Shown here in pieces: positions 26,752 to 39,257 of a DNA stretch of 64,000 nucleotides. The stretch's first letter is position 1, and each line of letters starts with the position of its first letter. The stretch comes from Eledone cirrhosa. Its lineage: Eukaryota. A model generated the notes under the pieces. The model searched no databases. It was not told the DNA's origin and worked only from the letters and a program-made list of their open reading frames with translations. The stretch is from NCBI GenBank assembly GCA_964016885.1, contig CAXHJY010001396.1:1-64000 (forward strand). Reading direction: 5' to 3'. The translations under genes were made by a program, and so were the position numbers.

Positions 26752-29700
26752 TGTTTCTTTTATTTGCCACCAGGGCATCAAAAGTGGGACAAGTACAAAG
26801 GGGGGAGTTTACACAAAAAGGCGTCCTCAATAAGGAGGAGGCAATAACAATATATAAAATAAAATAAAATATAACAAAAATAAAATTTATAACAAAATCC
26901 TCAATAGAGAGGGGGCGCCTTGGGGGGTCGCACACTCCCCCGAAACAAGTGTGCAACCCTTTTCCTCAGGAGCACAGAGAGGGGGTGCTCCCTCGTTCCT
27001 TCCTCTTTTCCACCTACAGGCTTATGTAAAGAGAAGGCCCATTCCCACGGGCCATTCTCACCACTTTCACCCACCTTTCATAAAAACGACTGGGGTGGAG
27101 CACCTCTCTCTCCATCCTGATCCTTCTTCCGAAATGATATCGGAAGAAACGGACCAGTTGTTGGCCAGAGAGAAAGGTGCCTGACCTCAGTCCTTTCAGA
27201 CGCGTCCACCATACAACTTCTTTCACCATGGCTATTACGCACAGAAACACCGCCTCTCTTCATCTTTGAAGGGGGGAGGCGGCTTGATCATTACAATAGA
27301 CTCGGTGGTCAACCGGATCGGTCCTACCCTTGACAGCAGTTGTTCGACATAGCCCCACAGATCGGCTACGCCCGAGCAGTGTACCAATGCGTGTGCAACG
27401 GTTTCCTCGTCACACACGCATCTGGGACAAATCTTTTTGGCGGGGTCCCTACCCGGGCGCCCGTGTCTGTAGAGCTTTTCTCGGACGGGTAGAGACCCTC
27501 GGTAGCACTGCCAGGCCAGGGACTTCTGGAAGTTGTCCATAGGTCCCGGGCTGAATGTCCTACCGAACAGGCTGGCCAGTTCGTCCTCCTCCATGTCTAG
27601 GGCTTCTCCGAGGGCGTCGTCGCACCTGCTGCGTACCAGCCCTCTATAGAATGTTGCGGTGGAGTCTCCACTGATAACCGGATCCGCCAGCCAGAGGGCG
27701 GTGAGCGCCTGGGCACACTCAGTGTGCCAGGCGCCCAGTTTTCTCGGTCTTTGCTTGACCCAGGATTGCAGCTCGGTGAGTGAGACGAGTCTGGGAAAGG
27801 TTCGTCTCACAAACGAGGCCCACACCGGTTGACCGGTGAGGAATACGTAGAGGTGCCGTAGCCTTAATGCGTATTTACGCATCATTAGCCACGGCATCCC
27901 TAGCCCTCCTTTCGAAGGGTGTTGACAGCAGATGGATCTCCTCACCATAGGCGCCCGCCTCTTCCAAAGGAATTGGAAAAGCGCACGCTCCATCTTGGTG
28001 AGGGTTTCCCTTGGGCAGGGCACTACGGTCAGGCGGTAGTAGATGATGGACGCTATATAGGTGTTCGCCACCTCCGCCCGACCTTTCAGGGATAGTTTGC
28101 AACTGGCCCACTTCTGGGTCAGTGCAAACACCCTGTTCGTAACCTCCGCCCAGTTCTTCTCCACCTGGAGGTCCGGTCCGAACCAGACCCCGAGTAACTT
28201 CACCGGGCCCTCCGTCCAGCGTCCGGCGACGCCATCGGAGGGCATCGGTCTGCCCCTCCACGTGCCGAGTTGCAAACCGATCGACTTGTCCCGGTTCAGC
28301 TTAGCCCCTGTGAACCTTTCGTACTCCTCCAGTAAGGTGCCGACCGCCTCGATTTCGGAGGCCGTCGACACTATTACTGTCACGTCATCGGCGTAGGCCG
28401 ACACCGCTTTCCGCAATCCCGGTTCCAAAGGGATGCCTTGCAACAACTTCCGCAATAGTGGCTCGAGAGTCAACACATACAGATGGGAGGAGAGAGGGCA
28501 CCCTTGTTGGATGGACCGCGCGATTTTGAACGGCTCCGAGAGGTAGCCGTTCACGTTGACCCTAGAGCAGATGCGGCTGCTGTGCATAGCAGTCATCCAG
28601 CCCCTGAAAACGGGTCCGAAGCCTGCCGCCGCTAGCACCGCATCCAGGTAACCATGATCGACCCTATCGAACGCCTTAGATTGATCCAAGTTGATTAGAA
28701 CCCCACCAAAGCCGGGTTCGTTCCCAACCCTCTCTATGATGTATCGCATGAGGTGGAGGTTGTCATGGATGGACCTGGACGGGATAGCGCATGTCTGCAC
28801 ATCTCCCACCAGGTTGCCCACGACAAGCGCCAACCTCTTTGCTAGCACCTTGGCCAAAATCTGTAACTCTGTATTTAGCATAGTTATGGGCCTGAAGTTA
28901 CTTATTTCGTCCCCCTTGTTCTCGTCCTTCCTCACTAGCGTGACTACGCCCTTGGTCACAGTACAGGGAATCCTCCCGTTCTGTTGCCAGTTGCAGTAGA
29001 CCGCCTCGAGGAGATCGGGGAACAAGTCCGGCATAGCTAGATATAATTCGTAAGGAAGACCATCGAGACCCGGGGATTTGCGTTTGACGCATTGGCTCAG
29101 CACGTCCTCTATCTCAGCGGCCGAAATCGGCTCCTCGCAGGACTTCGCCTCCCTGTCCGAGAGACGCGGCAGGCCGTCGAGGTATGGACCGAAGTCCACA
29201 TTCCCAACCGGCTCCCCGCCCCTCCCGAACAGTCGGGCAAAGTGCCTTTGAAAGGCCTCACACATCTTCTTAGGCTCAAGAATCGCCCGTCCATCCAGGT
29301 CTCGCAAAGACCGGATGGTGGATTTAGTTCCACTGTTGGCCTCTGTCACGCGGGCCCAGCTAACAGCTTTGGTCCCCTCGTTCCCTAGAGCACGTATTTT
29401 TCTTCGGACAACGCAGCCTTCGTGCTTCGCGTCGAAAAACTGGCTCAAAGCCTTTCTCGACGCTAGCACTCTGGCCACTTCGCCGCTTCTAATTGCCTCT
29501 TCTACTCTATATATTAGCTCACTTTCCTTCCTATTCCTATCCGCAGCTAGAACCTTACTAAATTCTATCGAGACTACTCTAATCTCTCTCTTTAGAGATA
29601 CCCACCACCTGCTGTTGACGATCGCTCCAGTCAACCGTTCCTTAACTAACGTACTAATCCGATCCCTGTAGGCTCTACTTGCCGGCAAGGACAAGTTGAG

Positions 29701-30197
29701 CTTCCAGTAACCGGGGCCCTGTCTATGCGTTCTATCAAGGTTGACCATGCAGGTCACCAACTTGTGGTCTGAGTAGCCAACCATGAGCATTTCTGGACAA
29801 CTTAAAAAGTCCCTGTCCTTATTTCTAACTAAAAATCTATCTAGGTACGACCTAGATGATCCGCTGCGATTTGACCAAGACCAGGTTGGCACCGTCGGAA
29901 AATCTAGTCGAAATCTATCGGCCAGGTCAAATCGGCCGAGTAACCCCTTGAGGCTGTTGCACCCCTCTCTATCGGGACATGCCCCTGCATAGTCCCAACG
30001 TGCATCCAGGATACCATTCCAATCCCCCACTAAGAGCAGGGAACGGGACGTCCCTAGAAAAGACTCCAGGCGCTGGAAAAAGTCGGGTCGCTCTGTCCCA
30101 AAAGGGGCATATGCGGCTACCAGCCTAAAGGCTCTACCTTCACCACTGCCAAGGTCCAGCACCACCAGTCGGCCCCCTGGGTCCAAGTGAACTATCT
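26752..30197 (-). mobile_element. Tx1-like LINE, copy 2: 5'-truncated within the endonuclease
   Basis: 983-aa ORF 27235-30186 with an intact YADD; near-identical to copy 1; frameshift close to the C-terminus. Confidence 0.95.
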
Positions 30198-30512
30198 ATA
30201 GATAGATAGCCACTAGTCGACCCCCTGGGTCCAAGTGAACTATCTATAGATAGATAGATATGTTTCTTTTATTTGCCCCCAGGGCATCAAAAGTGGGACA
30301 AGTACAATTGGGGGAGTTTACAAAACAAGGCGTCCTCAATAAGGAGGAGGCAATAACAATATATAAAAATAAAATAAAATATAACAAAAAATAAAATTTA
30401 TAACAAAGTCCTCAATAGAGAGGGGGTCGCACACACCCCCGAAAAAAGTGTGCAACCCTTCACCTCAGGAGCACAGAGAAGGGGTGCTCCCTTGGTCTTT
30501 CATCTTCCTCAC

Positions 30513-33500
30513 CTATAGTCTGATGTAGAGTGAAGGCCCATTCACACGGGCCATTCTCGCCACTTTCACCCATCTTTCATAGAAACGGCTGGGGTGCAGC
30601 ACCTCTCTCTCCATCCTGATCCTTCTTCCGAAATGATATCGGAAGAAACGGACCAGTTGTTGGCCAGAGAGAAAGGTGTCTGACCTCAGTCCTTTCAGAC
30701 GCGTCCACCATACAACCTCTTTCGCCATGGCTATTACGCACAGAAACACCGCCTCTCCTTCGTTTTTGAAGAGGGGAGGCGGCTTGATCGTTACAATAGA
30801 CTCGGTGGTCAACCGGATCGGTCCCACCCTTGACAGCAGTTGTTCGACATAGCCCCACAGATCGGCAATGCCCGAGCAGTGTACCAATGCGTGTGCAACG
30901 GTTTCCTCGTCGCACACGCATCTGGGACAGACCTTTTTCGATGGGTCCCTACCCGGGCGCCCGTGTCTGTAGAGCCTTTCTCGAACGGGCAGAGCCCTTC
31001 TGTAGCATTGCCAGGCCAGGGACCTCTGGAAGTTATCCATGGGTCCCGGGCTGAATGTCCTACCGAACAGGTTGGCCAGTTCGTCTTCCTCTATGCCTAG
31101 GGCTTCTCCGAGGGCGTCGTCGCACCTGCTAACCACCAGCCCTCTATAGAATGACGAGGTGGATTCTCCACTGACAGCCGGGTCCACCTGCCAGAGAGCC
31201 GTGAGCGCCTGGGCACACTCGGTGTGCCAGGCGCCCAGTTTTCTCGGTCTTTGCTTGACCCAGGATTGCAGCTCGGTGAGTGAGACGAGTCTGGGAAAGG
31301 CTCGCCTCACAAACGGGGCCCACACCGGTTGACCGGAGAGGAATACCTGAAGGTGCCGTAGCCTTAATGCGTGTTTACGTATCATCAGCCACAGCATCCC
31401 CAGCCCTCCTTTCGAAGGGTGTTGACAGCAGATGGATCTCCTCACCATAGGAGCCCGCTTCTTCCAAAGGAATTGGAAGAGTGCGCGCTCCATTTTGGCG
31501 AGCGTTTCCCTTGGGCAAGGCACCACGGTCAGGCGGTAGTAGATGACGGACGCTATATAAGTGTTCGCCACCTCCGCCCGACCTTTCAGGGACAGTTTGC
31601 ACTCGGCCCACTTCTGGGTCAGTGCAAACACCCTGCTCGTCACCTCACCCCAGTTCTTCTCCACCTGGAGGTCTGGTCCGAACCAGACCCCGAGCAATTT
31701 CACCGGGCCCTCCGTCCAGCGCCCGACGACGCCATCGGAGGGCATCGATCTGCCCCTCCACGTGCCAAGTTGCAGACCGATCGACTTGTCCCGGTTCAGC
31801 TTAGCCCCTGTAAACCTTTCGTACTCCTCCAGTAAGGTGCCGATCGCCCCGATTTCCGAGGCCGTCGACACCATTACTGTTACGTCATCGGCTTAGGCTG
31901 ACACCGCTTTCCGCAATCCCGGTTCCAACGGGATGCCCTGCAACAACTCCAACTTCCGCAGCAGTGGCTCTAGAGTCACTACATACAGAAGGGAGGAGAG
32001 AGGGCACCCCTGTCGGATGGACCGCGCGATTTCGAACGGCTCCGAGAGATAGCCGTTCACCTTGACCCTAGAGCAGATGCGGCTGCTGTGGATGGCATTG
32101 ATCCAGCCCCTGAAAACGGGTCCGAAGCCTGCCGCCGCTAGCACCGCATCCAGGTAACCATGGTCGACCCTATCGAATGCCTTAGATTGATCCAAGTTGA
32201 TCAGGGCCCCACCAAAGCCGGGTTCGTTCCCAACCCTCTCTATGATGTATCGCATGAGGTGGAGGTTATCGTGGATGGACCTGGACGGGATAGCACATGT
32301 CTGCGCATCTCCCACCAGGTTGCCCACGACAAGCGCCAACCTCTTTGCTAGCACTTTGGCCAAAATCTGTAACTCTGTATTTAGCAGAGTTATGGGCCTG
32401 AAATTATTTATATCGTCCCCCTTGTTCTCGTCCTTCCTCACTAGCGTGACTACGCCCTTGGTCACAGCACAGGGAATTCTCCCGTTCTGTCGCCAGTTGC
32501 AGTAGACCGCCTCGAGGAGTTCGGGGAACAAGTCCGGCATAGCTAGATATAGTTCGTATGGAAGACCATCGAGACCCGGGGATTTGCGTTTGCCGCATTG
32601 GCTCAGCACGTGCTCTATCTCAGCGGCTGAAATCGGCTCCTCGCAGGACTTCGCCTCCCTGTCCGAGAGACGCGGCAGTCCGTCGAGGTATGGACCGAAG
32701 TCCACGTCCCCAACCGGCCCCCCGCCCCTTCCGAACAATTCGGCAAAGTGCTTTTGAAAAGCCTCGCACATCTGCTTAGGTTCAAGGATCACCCGTCCAT
32801 CCTGGTCTCGCAAAGACCGGATAGTGGATCTGCTCCCTCTTTTGGCTTCTGTCACGCGGGCCCAGCTAACAGCTTTGGTCCCCTCGTTTCCCAGAGCACG
32901 TATTTTGCTTTGGACGATGCAGCCTTCGTGTTTCGCGTCGAAGAACTGGCCCAGGGCCGTTCTCGACGCTAGCACTCTGGCCACGTCGCCGCTTCTAATT
33001 GCCTCTTCTACACTATCTACCAAGTCCCTTTCCTTCCTATGTCTATTGGAGGCTAACTCCTTACTAAATTCTATAGAGACTACTCTAATCTCTCTTTTGA
33101 GAGATCCCCACCACCTGCTGTTGACGATGGCGCCCGTCAACCGCTCCTTAACTAAAGTGCTAATCCGGTTCCTGTAAGCCTTACTTGCCGGTAAGAACAA
33201 GTTGAGCTTCCAGTAACCGGGTCCCTGTCTATGAGTTCTGTCAAGGTTGACCATGCAGGTCACTAATTTGTGGTCTGAATAGCCAACCATGCGCATTTTT
33301 GGACAACTTAAAAAGTCCTTATCCTTAATTCTAACTAAGAACCTATCTAGGTACGACCTAGATGTTCCGCTACGATTTGCCCAAGTCCAGGTTGGCGCAG
33401 TCGGAAAATCTAGTCGATATCTATCGGCCAGGTCAAATCGACCGATTAACCCTTTGAGGCTATTACACCCCTCTCTATCGGGACAGGCCCCTACGTAGTC

Positions 33501-33974
33501 CCAGCGTGCATCTAGGATACCATTCCAGTCCCACACTAATAGCAAGGAGCGGGACGTCCCTAGAAAAGTCTCCAGACGATGGAAGAAGTCCGGCCGCATT
33601 GACCCGAAAGGGCCGTAGGCGGCTACCAACCTAAACGCTCCGCCTTTACCACTGCCAAGGTCCAGAACCACTAGTCGACCCTCCGGGTCCAAATGTACCA
33701 TCTGTGTTGCGAGATCCAGATGTTTTTGCAACAGAACGACAACTCCACCCCCACCTCCGGGCTGACAGAGAGATGCGTGCATCTCAAAGTCATCAAAAGT
33801 GGGGGCCAGCTGTCGCACGTTGCTGATCCGGGCCTCGCAAATAACCATCACATCTATACGTTGTGACCTGAGGTCATTTAGAAGCATTGCTTGCTTCCAA
33901 GTTGAGCCCAGGCCACGCGCATTTAAACAGCCTACTCTTAGCATAGCCATGTTGGTGGTGAAGAGAAAAGGCAC
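30513..33974 (-). pseudogene. Tx1-like ORF2 (APE-RT-CCHC) with a nonsense codon replacing the Y of YADD
   Basis: Copy 3 reads VSA*ADDV where copy 2 reads VSAYADDV. Confidence 0.9.
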
Positions 33975-35756
33975 TTACCTCTCTGCGTCCCGGGTATCGG
34001 GCTGAACAATTTCCATTAGGGTGGGGGATGGGTTGTTGGGTGGGGTGGTGGTTTGTGGAAGTGTAGGGGCATCAGTGTGGTGTGTGGTTGGGGAGCTTGG
34101 AGTTGTGTGGGTGTTTGGGGAGGGCGTGGGATAGTTTTTTAGGAGGACGCGGTTAATGGGCCCGACGCAGGGGGGACCCACGTCCTCTTTAAAATTGTTT
34201 TTTAAAGTTTTATAGGTGTCCTGTGGGGCCTTAATCATTTTGAGGTGGGGGAAATCCCCTGCCTGGGTGAAGTTAGGCCCTTGTGTTTTTATTAGATTGT
34301 TGTACACAATGTTTAACAGTTTTTTGTTTCTTGTGTTTATGTATGTGTATGCATGTTTTTGTTTTTGTGTGGTGTTTTTTGTTTGCTGTTGTTGTGAGCT
34401 CTTTTGTGTTGGTGTCAGTGTTATGTTTTGGGGAGGGGTTGTTTTCATTTGTGTGTCTGAGGTGTGTTTTCTTTTTTTTCTTTTGATTGTGTGGAAGTGC
34501 TCCTCCTCGTCTGACGACGAACTAGGGTCATCTTCCGCGTTGGAGGGGAGGGGTATATTTTCGGGTTGTGTTTGCGGTACGGGTGTTTTGGAAATTGTTT
34601 TTGTTTTTTGAGTGGAGGGGATGGGTTGGACATTGTTTTGTTTTGGTTTGAGCTGTGGTGGTTGTTTTTGTAGTTGTAGTTGTGGTGATTGTGTTGGTTG
34701 TGCAGTTGTTGGTGGTGTAGGCAGGATTGGGGTTTTCTTATTAAGTTGGGGACAGACAGCCCTCGGGTGACCTCTGGTTCCGCAGAGGTAACACGAGGGC
34801 CGTCTACCCTCAACGGTAATGTTGATGAAGGTTAGATCATCCAGTATGACGCGTTCAGGGATCTGGGCGATCCTTTCGGGCCTCATTTGAACTACAAGTT
34901 CGAGGCTCGTTCCACTGAACGCGTCACCCGATGCCTTTCCCATGGACACCAGCATGTCATCCTCCAGGTCCAGAAAACCTGTCAAAACCCACCATATGTC
35001 CATAATCGGCAGGATGGTGTGGATTTTTATTTTTTGTGTTCTTCTACCCATGTACGTAGGGTAGAAGGTGTATGCGGTGGATGTGATTGGTTTGATGGAC
35101 AGTTTCACTGCTGTGTCCCTGTCCTTCATGAGAATGGATAGACTCCCGTAGAGTCTATCCTTCTGAATGAAGGTGATGTCCTTCATGACGTCTTTTAAAA
35201 CCAGCTCTATCTCACTCTGTGATGGTTGAGCTGGTTTTTTACTTTTGTTCGAGATTGTCCTAAACATGACCGTGTTTAGGAGTCTCTGGCTTTTTAGTTC
35301 CGGGGGGGGATGGATTGTGAATGAACCATTTTCTCCGTACACTATATATTTTTTCGCATCTGCCAGTAGCTCCTTCGCTTTGGTTATATCTACTGGCAGA
35401 TAGTCGAGGGTTTTACTTGTCGTCTCGGCGAAGGAGAAATTTTGTTTGTTTGTGTTGTTGTTGTCGTTGGTGGTGTTGTTGTTATCATTGTTGTTGTTGT
35501 CACCGTTATTGGTCTTGTTGTTGTTGTTATTGTTATTGGTGTTGTTTTCGTCCGTCGCATTGTTGTTGTTGCTGTTGCTGCTGGTTCTTTGGGTTGTTGC
35601 CATGGCAACGTCAAGTTGTCGGTTAACAGGTGGAGAGAATTCTTCCTCTGGCTGACCTTTCTTCTTGACCTCTGCTACTGTGACAGTGGCAGGGGGAAAC
35701 TGTAAGTTTACCTTCCCCTTTCCTCCTTCGAATTTTGGTGAAGAAGCTTCGGCCAT
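33975..35756 (-). CDS. Tx1-like ORF1 (zinc-knuckle nucleic-acid chaperone)
   Basis: CYLCGTRGHPRAVC knuckle, poly-N and P/Q/T low-complexity tracts, KRKKRK. Confidence 0.88.
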   Translation of the reverse strand: MAEASSPKFEGGKGKVNLQFPPATVTVAEVKKKGQPEEEFSPPVNRQLDVAMATTQRTSSNSNNNNATDENNTNNNNNNNKTNNGDNNNNDNNNTTNDNNNTNKQNFSFAETTSKTLDYLPVDITKAKELLADAKKYIVYGENGSFTIHPPPELKSQRLLNTVMFRTISNKSKKPAQPSQSEIELVLKDVMKDITFIQKDRLYGSLSILMKDRDTAVKLSIKPITSTAYTFYPTYMGRRTQKIKIHTILPIMDIWWVLTGFLDLEDDMLVSMGKASGDAFSGTSLELVVQMRPERIAQIPERVILDDLTFINITVEGRRPSCYLCGTRGHPRAVCPQLNKKTPILPTPPTTAQPTQSPQLQLQKQPPQLKPKQNNVQPIPSTQKTKTISKTPVPQTQPENIPLPSNAEDDPSSSSDEEEHFHTIKRKKRKHTSDTQMKTTPPQNITLTPTQKSSQQQQTKNTTQKQKHAYTYINTRNKKLLNIVYNNLIKTQGPNFTQAGDFPHLKMIKAPQDTYKTLKNNFKEDVGPPCVGPINRVLLKNYPTPSPNTHTTPSSPTTHHTDAPTLPQTTTPPNNPSPTLMEIVQPDTRDAER

Positions 35757-36090
35757 TTAAAAAAATATTGACTTTTCAACAAGAAAAATCTTTTTTTTTT
35801 TGTTTAACTATTTCGCCTAAAGGCGTAGAATATTTTGAGAGACTGACCAGATCAAAGTTTGACCTGGCAGTCCCTCTACAAAATGGTCCAAAAATTAAAG
35901 TTATCAGACAAGAATTTCTATAGAAATTTAAACAGAACTTACTCAGCAAGTTATACGCGTGTGTCCATCCCAGAGATACATAGATTAGATAGATAGATAG
36001 ATAGACGTGAACCAAACACACACACATTTCTTACTCTCTCTGTCCCTCCCTCTTTCTCTCTTCATTTATATATATATATATGGGGGGTGC

Positions 36091-36153
<63 letters not shown>

Positions 36154-36305
36154 TGCGTGTGTGTGTGTGTGTGTGTGGAGCGTTGTTATTTGGCGTTGTT
36201 GAAAAGAGCTGTGGCCTTTGACCTGGCAATAAAAAACTGTAGACAAAATTCTTTCTGTACCCAAACCAAGGCACACACCCTCACAAGTTTGTGTGTGTGT
36301 GTATG

Positions 36306-36355
<50 letters not shown>

Positions 36356-38591
36356 TATCTATATTTATATATAAGGGATAAAAATATTGCTTTCTCAGTC
36401 ACCAAGCTTCTCAATTGATTCCTTACTACTTATTTTGCTACCAGGTATATTATTTTGCAAGGTACTATTTTTCCCATAAGTTTGTGATTTCAGAGAAAGG
36501 TAAGAAATTCTTCATATTTTGCATCTTTTGTATTTTGACTTTGCAGTTTCAATTGTCTATCCACTCAAAATATTACAACAGCTAACAGTGAAATATAGAA
36601 TTTAAAAAAAAAAAGCTTTTTCGACTGAGATCAAATGTTTTTTTTAATTTCAAAAATATATCATTTGAAATAGCTTGCTTTTTTTTTGGACTTAAACTCT
36701 TTTGTATTTAATTCGTACGAGTATTTTTTAAACAATCTAAGATAACTTGATTTGGCCCAGTAATCTACTGATATCAAAATCAGTAGTATATTGAAAAATG
36801 GAAAAATAGGGTAGGGGGGGGGGGGCGTTTCGTAATTTCGAGGGGCAAAAGGGGGCGTTTGGCCAAAATGGGTTGAGAACCTTTGCTGTAAAGCATTCTA
36901 TTTGACGTTCTAACCACTGCCAATTCGCCATCTGGTCCATCATATAATATCTATCAAATTTTTTACGTCAGAAAGAGGGAGATTCAATTCTAGACAAAGA
37001 ATTACCACTCGTTGTTTATATACACCTTTCTAGTGAGTAGCGGGAGAGGGGCAACACCCAAGACCTTTTCAGGCCTTCACATATTGGTGAGATGAATGTA
37101 ATTTATGTTCATATTGGAGTTCTGTAGATTAACGTCTATTTGAAAACGAGGATAAGAATATTCAGTGGAGTGTGAAGTAAAAAGGATTGGTAAAAGTAGT
37201 TTTAAATGTTTGGAGAAGTGAAACTCAGAAGAGGGTGACAAAAGGGGGGATGATGGGACCTAGAATAGATTAGGAAGGAAAAAATATGCAACTGCCTTCT
37301 GAAGATGATGGGGAGTTATTATAGCTAGCCGTAAAAATACAGAGATTAGAAACATTTTGTCCGTAAAATATTGATTTCTTGAAGGCGTATGGCCTAGTGG
37401 TAAGTGTGTTCTTGACCAAAACACTTTGTTTCACATTGCTCAGCATACTCATCGAAATGAGTATCAGCAATACCTGAGGATTTAACACTGCGATGGACTG
37501 GCGCCCTTTCCAGGGAGGAGTCTTGTACTCTTGGTCACTTCACGCCACGGAAATCGGGATAAGCACCGGCTTGATGAACCTCCATCTCCGAGACAGACTT
37601 TTAGACTAGTGATTATTGTGAGAGAAATTTAGTGAAACAGACAAATAACCTTGTTTTAGGATGACTGTGCCTAGCGACAGTACCGCACCAATAGTGCGAG
37701 GAGTACTCTATTGTAGGTCATATATGTGCTTTGTATTTTATGTCTCCATATTTTATATTTAGCTTCTGGGATGCAGTGTTACAAATGTACGATCTTCATG
37801 AAAACTCATCAGATATTATGAGGTCCAGTATTTTTAGAGTGTTTAACCTTTTTAGTGCTGTAGGCGAGATAACTCGTCCTAACATTTTTTAACTCTTTTC
37901 CAACAGTTCATAACTTCAAAGTTATGAAGTCGTTTCCAAAAGTTCATAACTTCAAAGCTAAATGGGGTTACTAGTTTATTGATGTGACGTTTGTCAATCA
38001 TTCAGATATGTGTTGTTAATAAATGTTTGCTTTAAAAAATAGTCATTTTACTGGAAAATATACGCGGTAGTCAACAGGTTAAAGGATTTGGTTTTATGTT
38101 GTTTGTAAGTAGAGAGAGTATTTAAAGATTCTATGTATAGTAATAATGTTTTAATGCTGTTAAAGGAAATTAGTTTATCATACCCTCGTTGGAGAGTGTT
38201 TTGTTTTTTCTTAAGTCAGCAATGAGGTGTCTATGTTGCGTATGTCCGGGAGGTTTAGGAGAACTAAAGAGTGATGTAATCTTCAGAGATGTGTGTGTGT
38301 TGTGACAGTAGAATCATTACGGTATAAAAGAAAGTGTGTAAGAGACATAACCGAAACCAGAAGTAGATCGTCATTGATCGCCATTGGAGTAGAATGGAGT
38401 ACCGGTGACACACGTTGCGGTGAAGCAGGTCTAAAATTTGAAAGATCAATACAGCCCAATATGATCAGCTTAACCTGTTATAGTTGAAGATGTTATTGTT
38501 GGTTTTGTTAAGATCGTCATAGTTTAATCCTTGGTCAGCTCTGGCTGAGCAGACCTGTGATCAAAAGTATTGCAGCCATGACGATGTTCTC

Positions 38592-38635
<44 letters not shown>

Positions 38636-39016
38636 ATTGCGTATCTAAGCTAATATTATCGAATGTTTTACCACATTTTCAAGACGGTAGGGCGTCGTTT
38701 GAGCAAGCTTAGGCGGCTATTTCTAACAAGAAGAGTCACCATGTTGAGGTGCGCACGTTGCTTTGTTGAAGAATTTGCTAATGTCAAGGGTAATTCCATT
38801 GCTTTCATCGAAGTTCTCATGGTCAAGAAACCACTGGTGTGTGACGTAGGAAAGTAGTCCTTTAATAATTCTGGCTCTATGAATATTGTGTGTGTGTATG
38901 TGTGTGTACGTTTTTGTTTCCGTGTGCACATGTGCATGTGCGTGACTGCATTTGTTCAGATGGTACAAGAAACAACGAGAAAAACAATAGGTGTAAGGAT
39001 AGAGAGAAGAGTTTAC

Positions 39017-39183
39017 CCCATTCATTTTTGATATGATATAATCGATTTTCTTCTGTTTGGTGTCAGCTCCTTTCGCCTCTAACAATTTGGTCATGTCTGC
39101 GTCACTGTATATCACCATCTCAATAGTTACCACACGGCTGTTATCCGCATAAAATTCACCCTCATAAGATACAGCCTCATGGT
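39017..39183 (-). CDS. ADAMTS-like exon, start of the reprolysin catalytic domain (SRVVTIEMVIYSDADMTKLL...DYIISKMNG)
   Basis: attacag acceptor, gtaaac donor; 167 nt, phase 1->0; matches the M12B 'xExxxxxDxxM...Y...MN' pattern. Confidence 0.85.
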
Positions 39184-39257
39184 CTGTAATATAAAAAGTG
39201 TAATAATAAGAGAGAGGGCTGGAGAAAGAATAGGAGAAAAAAGAGAGCGAAAGAGAC

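Larger units (their letters stand above)
30261..35969 (-). mobile_element. Tx1-like LINE, copy 3: full length, diverged subfamily
   Basis: ORF1 33975-35756 (593 aa, CX2CX4HX4C); ORF2 30513-33974 broken only by a TAA at 31893-31895. Confidence 0.95.
15504..36885. mobile_element. Large non-autonomous foldback/composite DNA transposon with hAT-type ends, long inverted arms and an 8-bp TSD
   Basis: Termini caaaggttctcaaccca / tgggttgagaacctttg; CTGTAAAG at 15496-15503 and 36886-36893; arm 15504-16441 mirrors 21228-21290 plus ~35974-36885; the flanks rejoin into one SINE-A copy. Confidence 0.9.

Noticed and set aside
26625-36228. Shared 12-mer tttgacctggca in the Tx1 5' UTRs and the transposon arm
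   Set aside because: Too short, with no extended similarity; may be chance.
38668-38937. Extra exon downstream of 39017
   Set aside because: No fitting splice sites or ADAMTS motif; the expected next sequence is found at 14435-14519.
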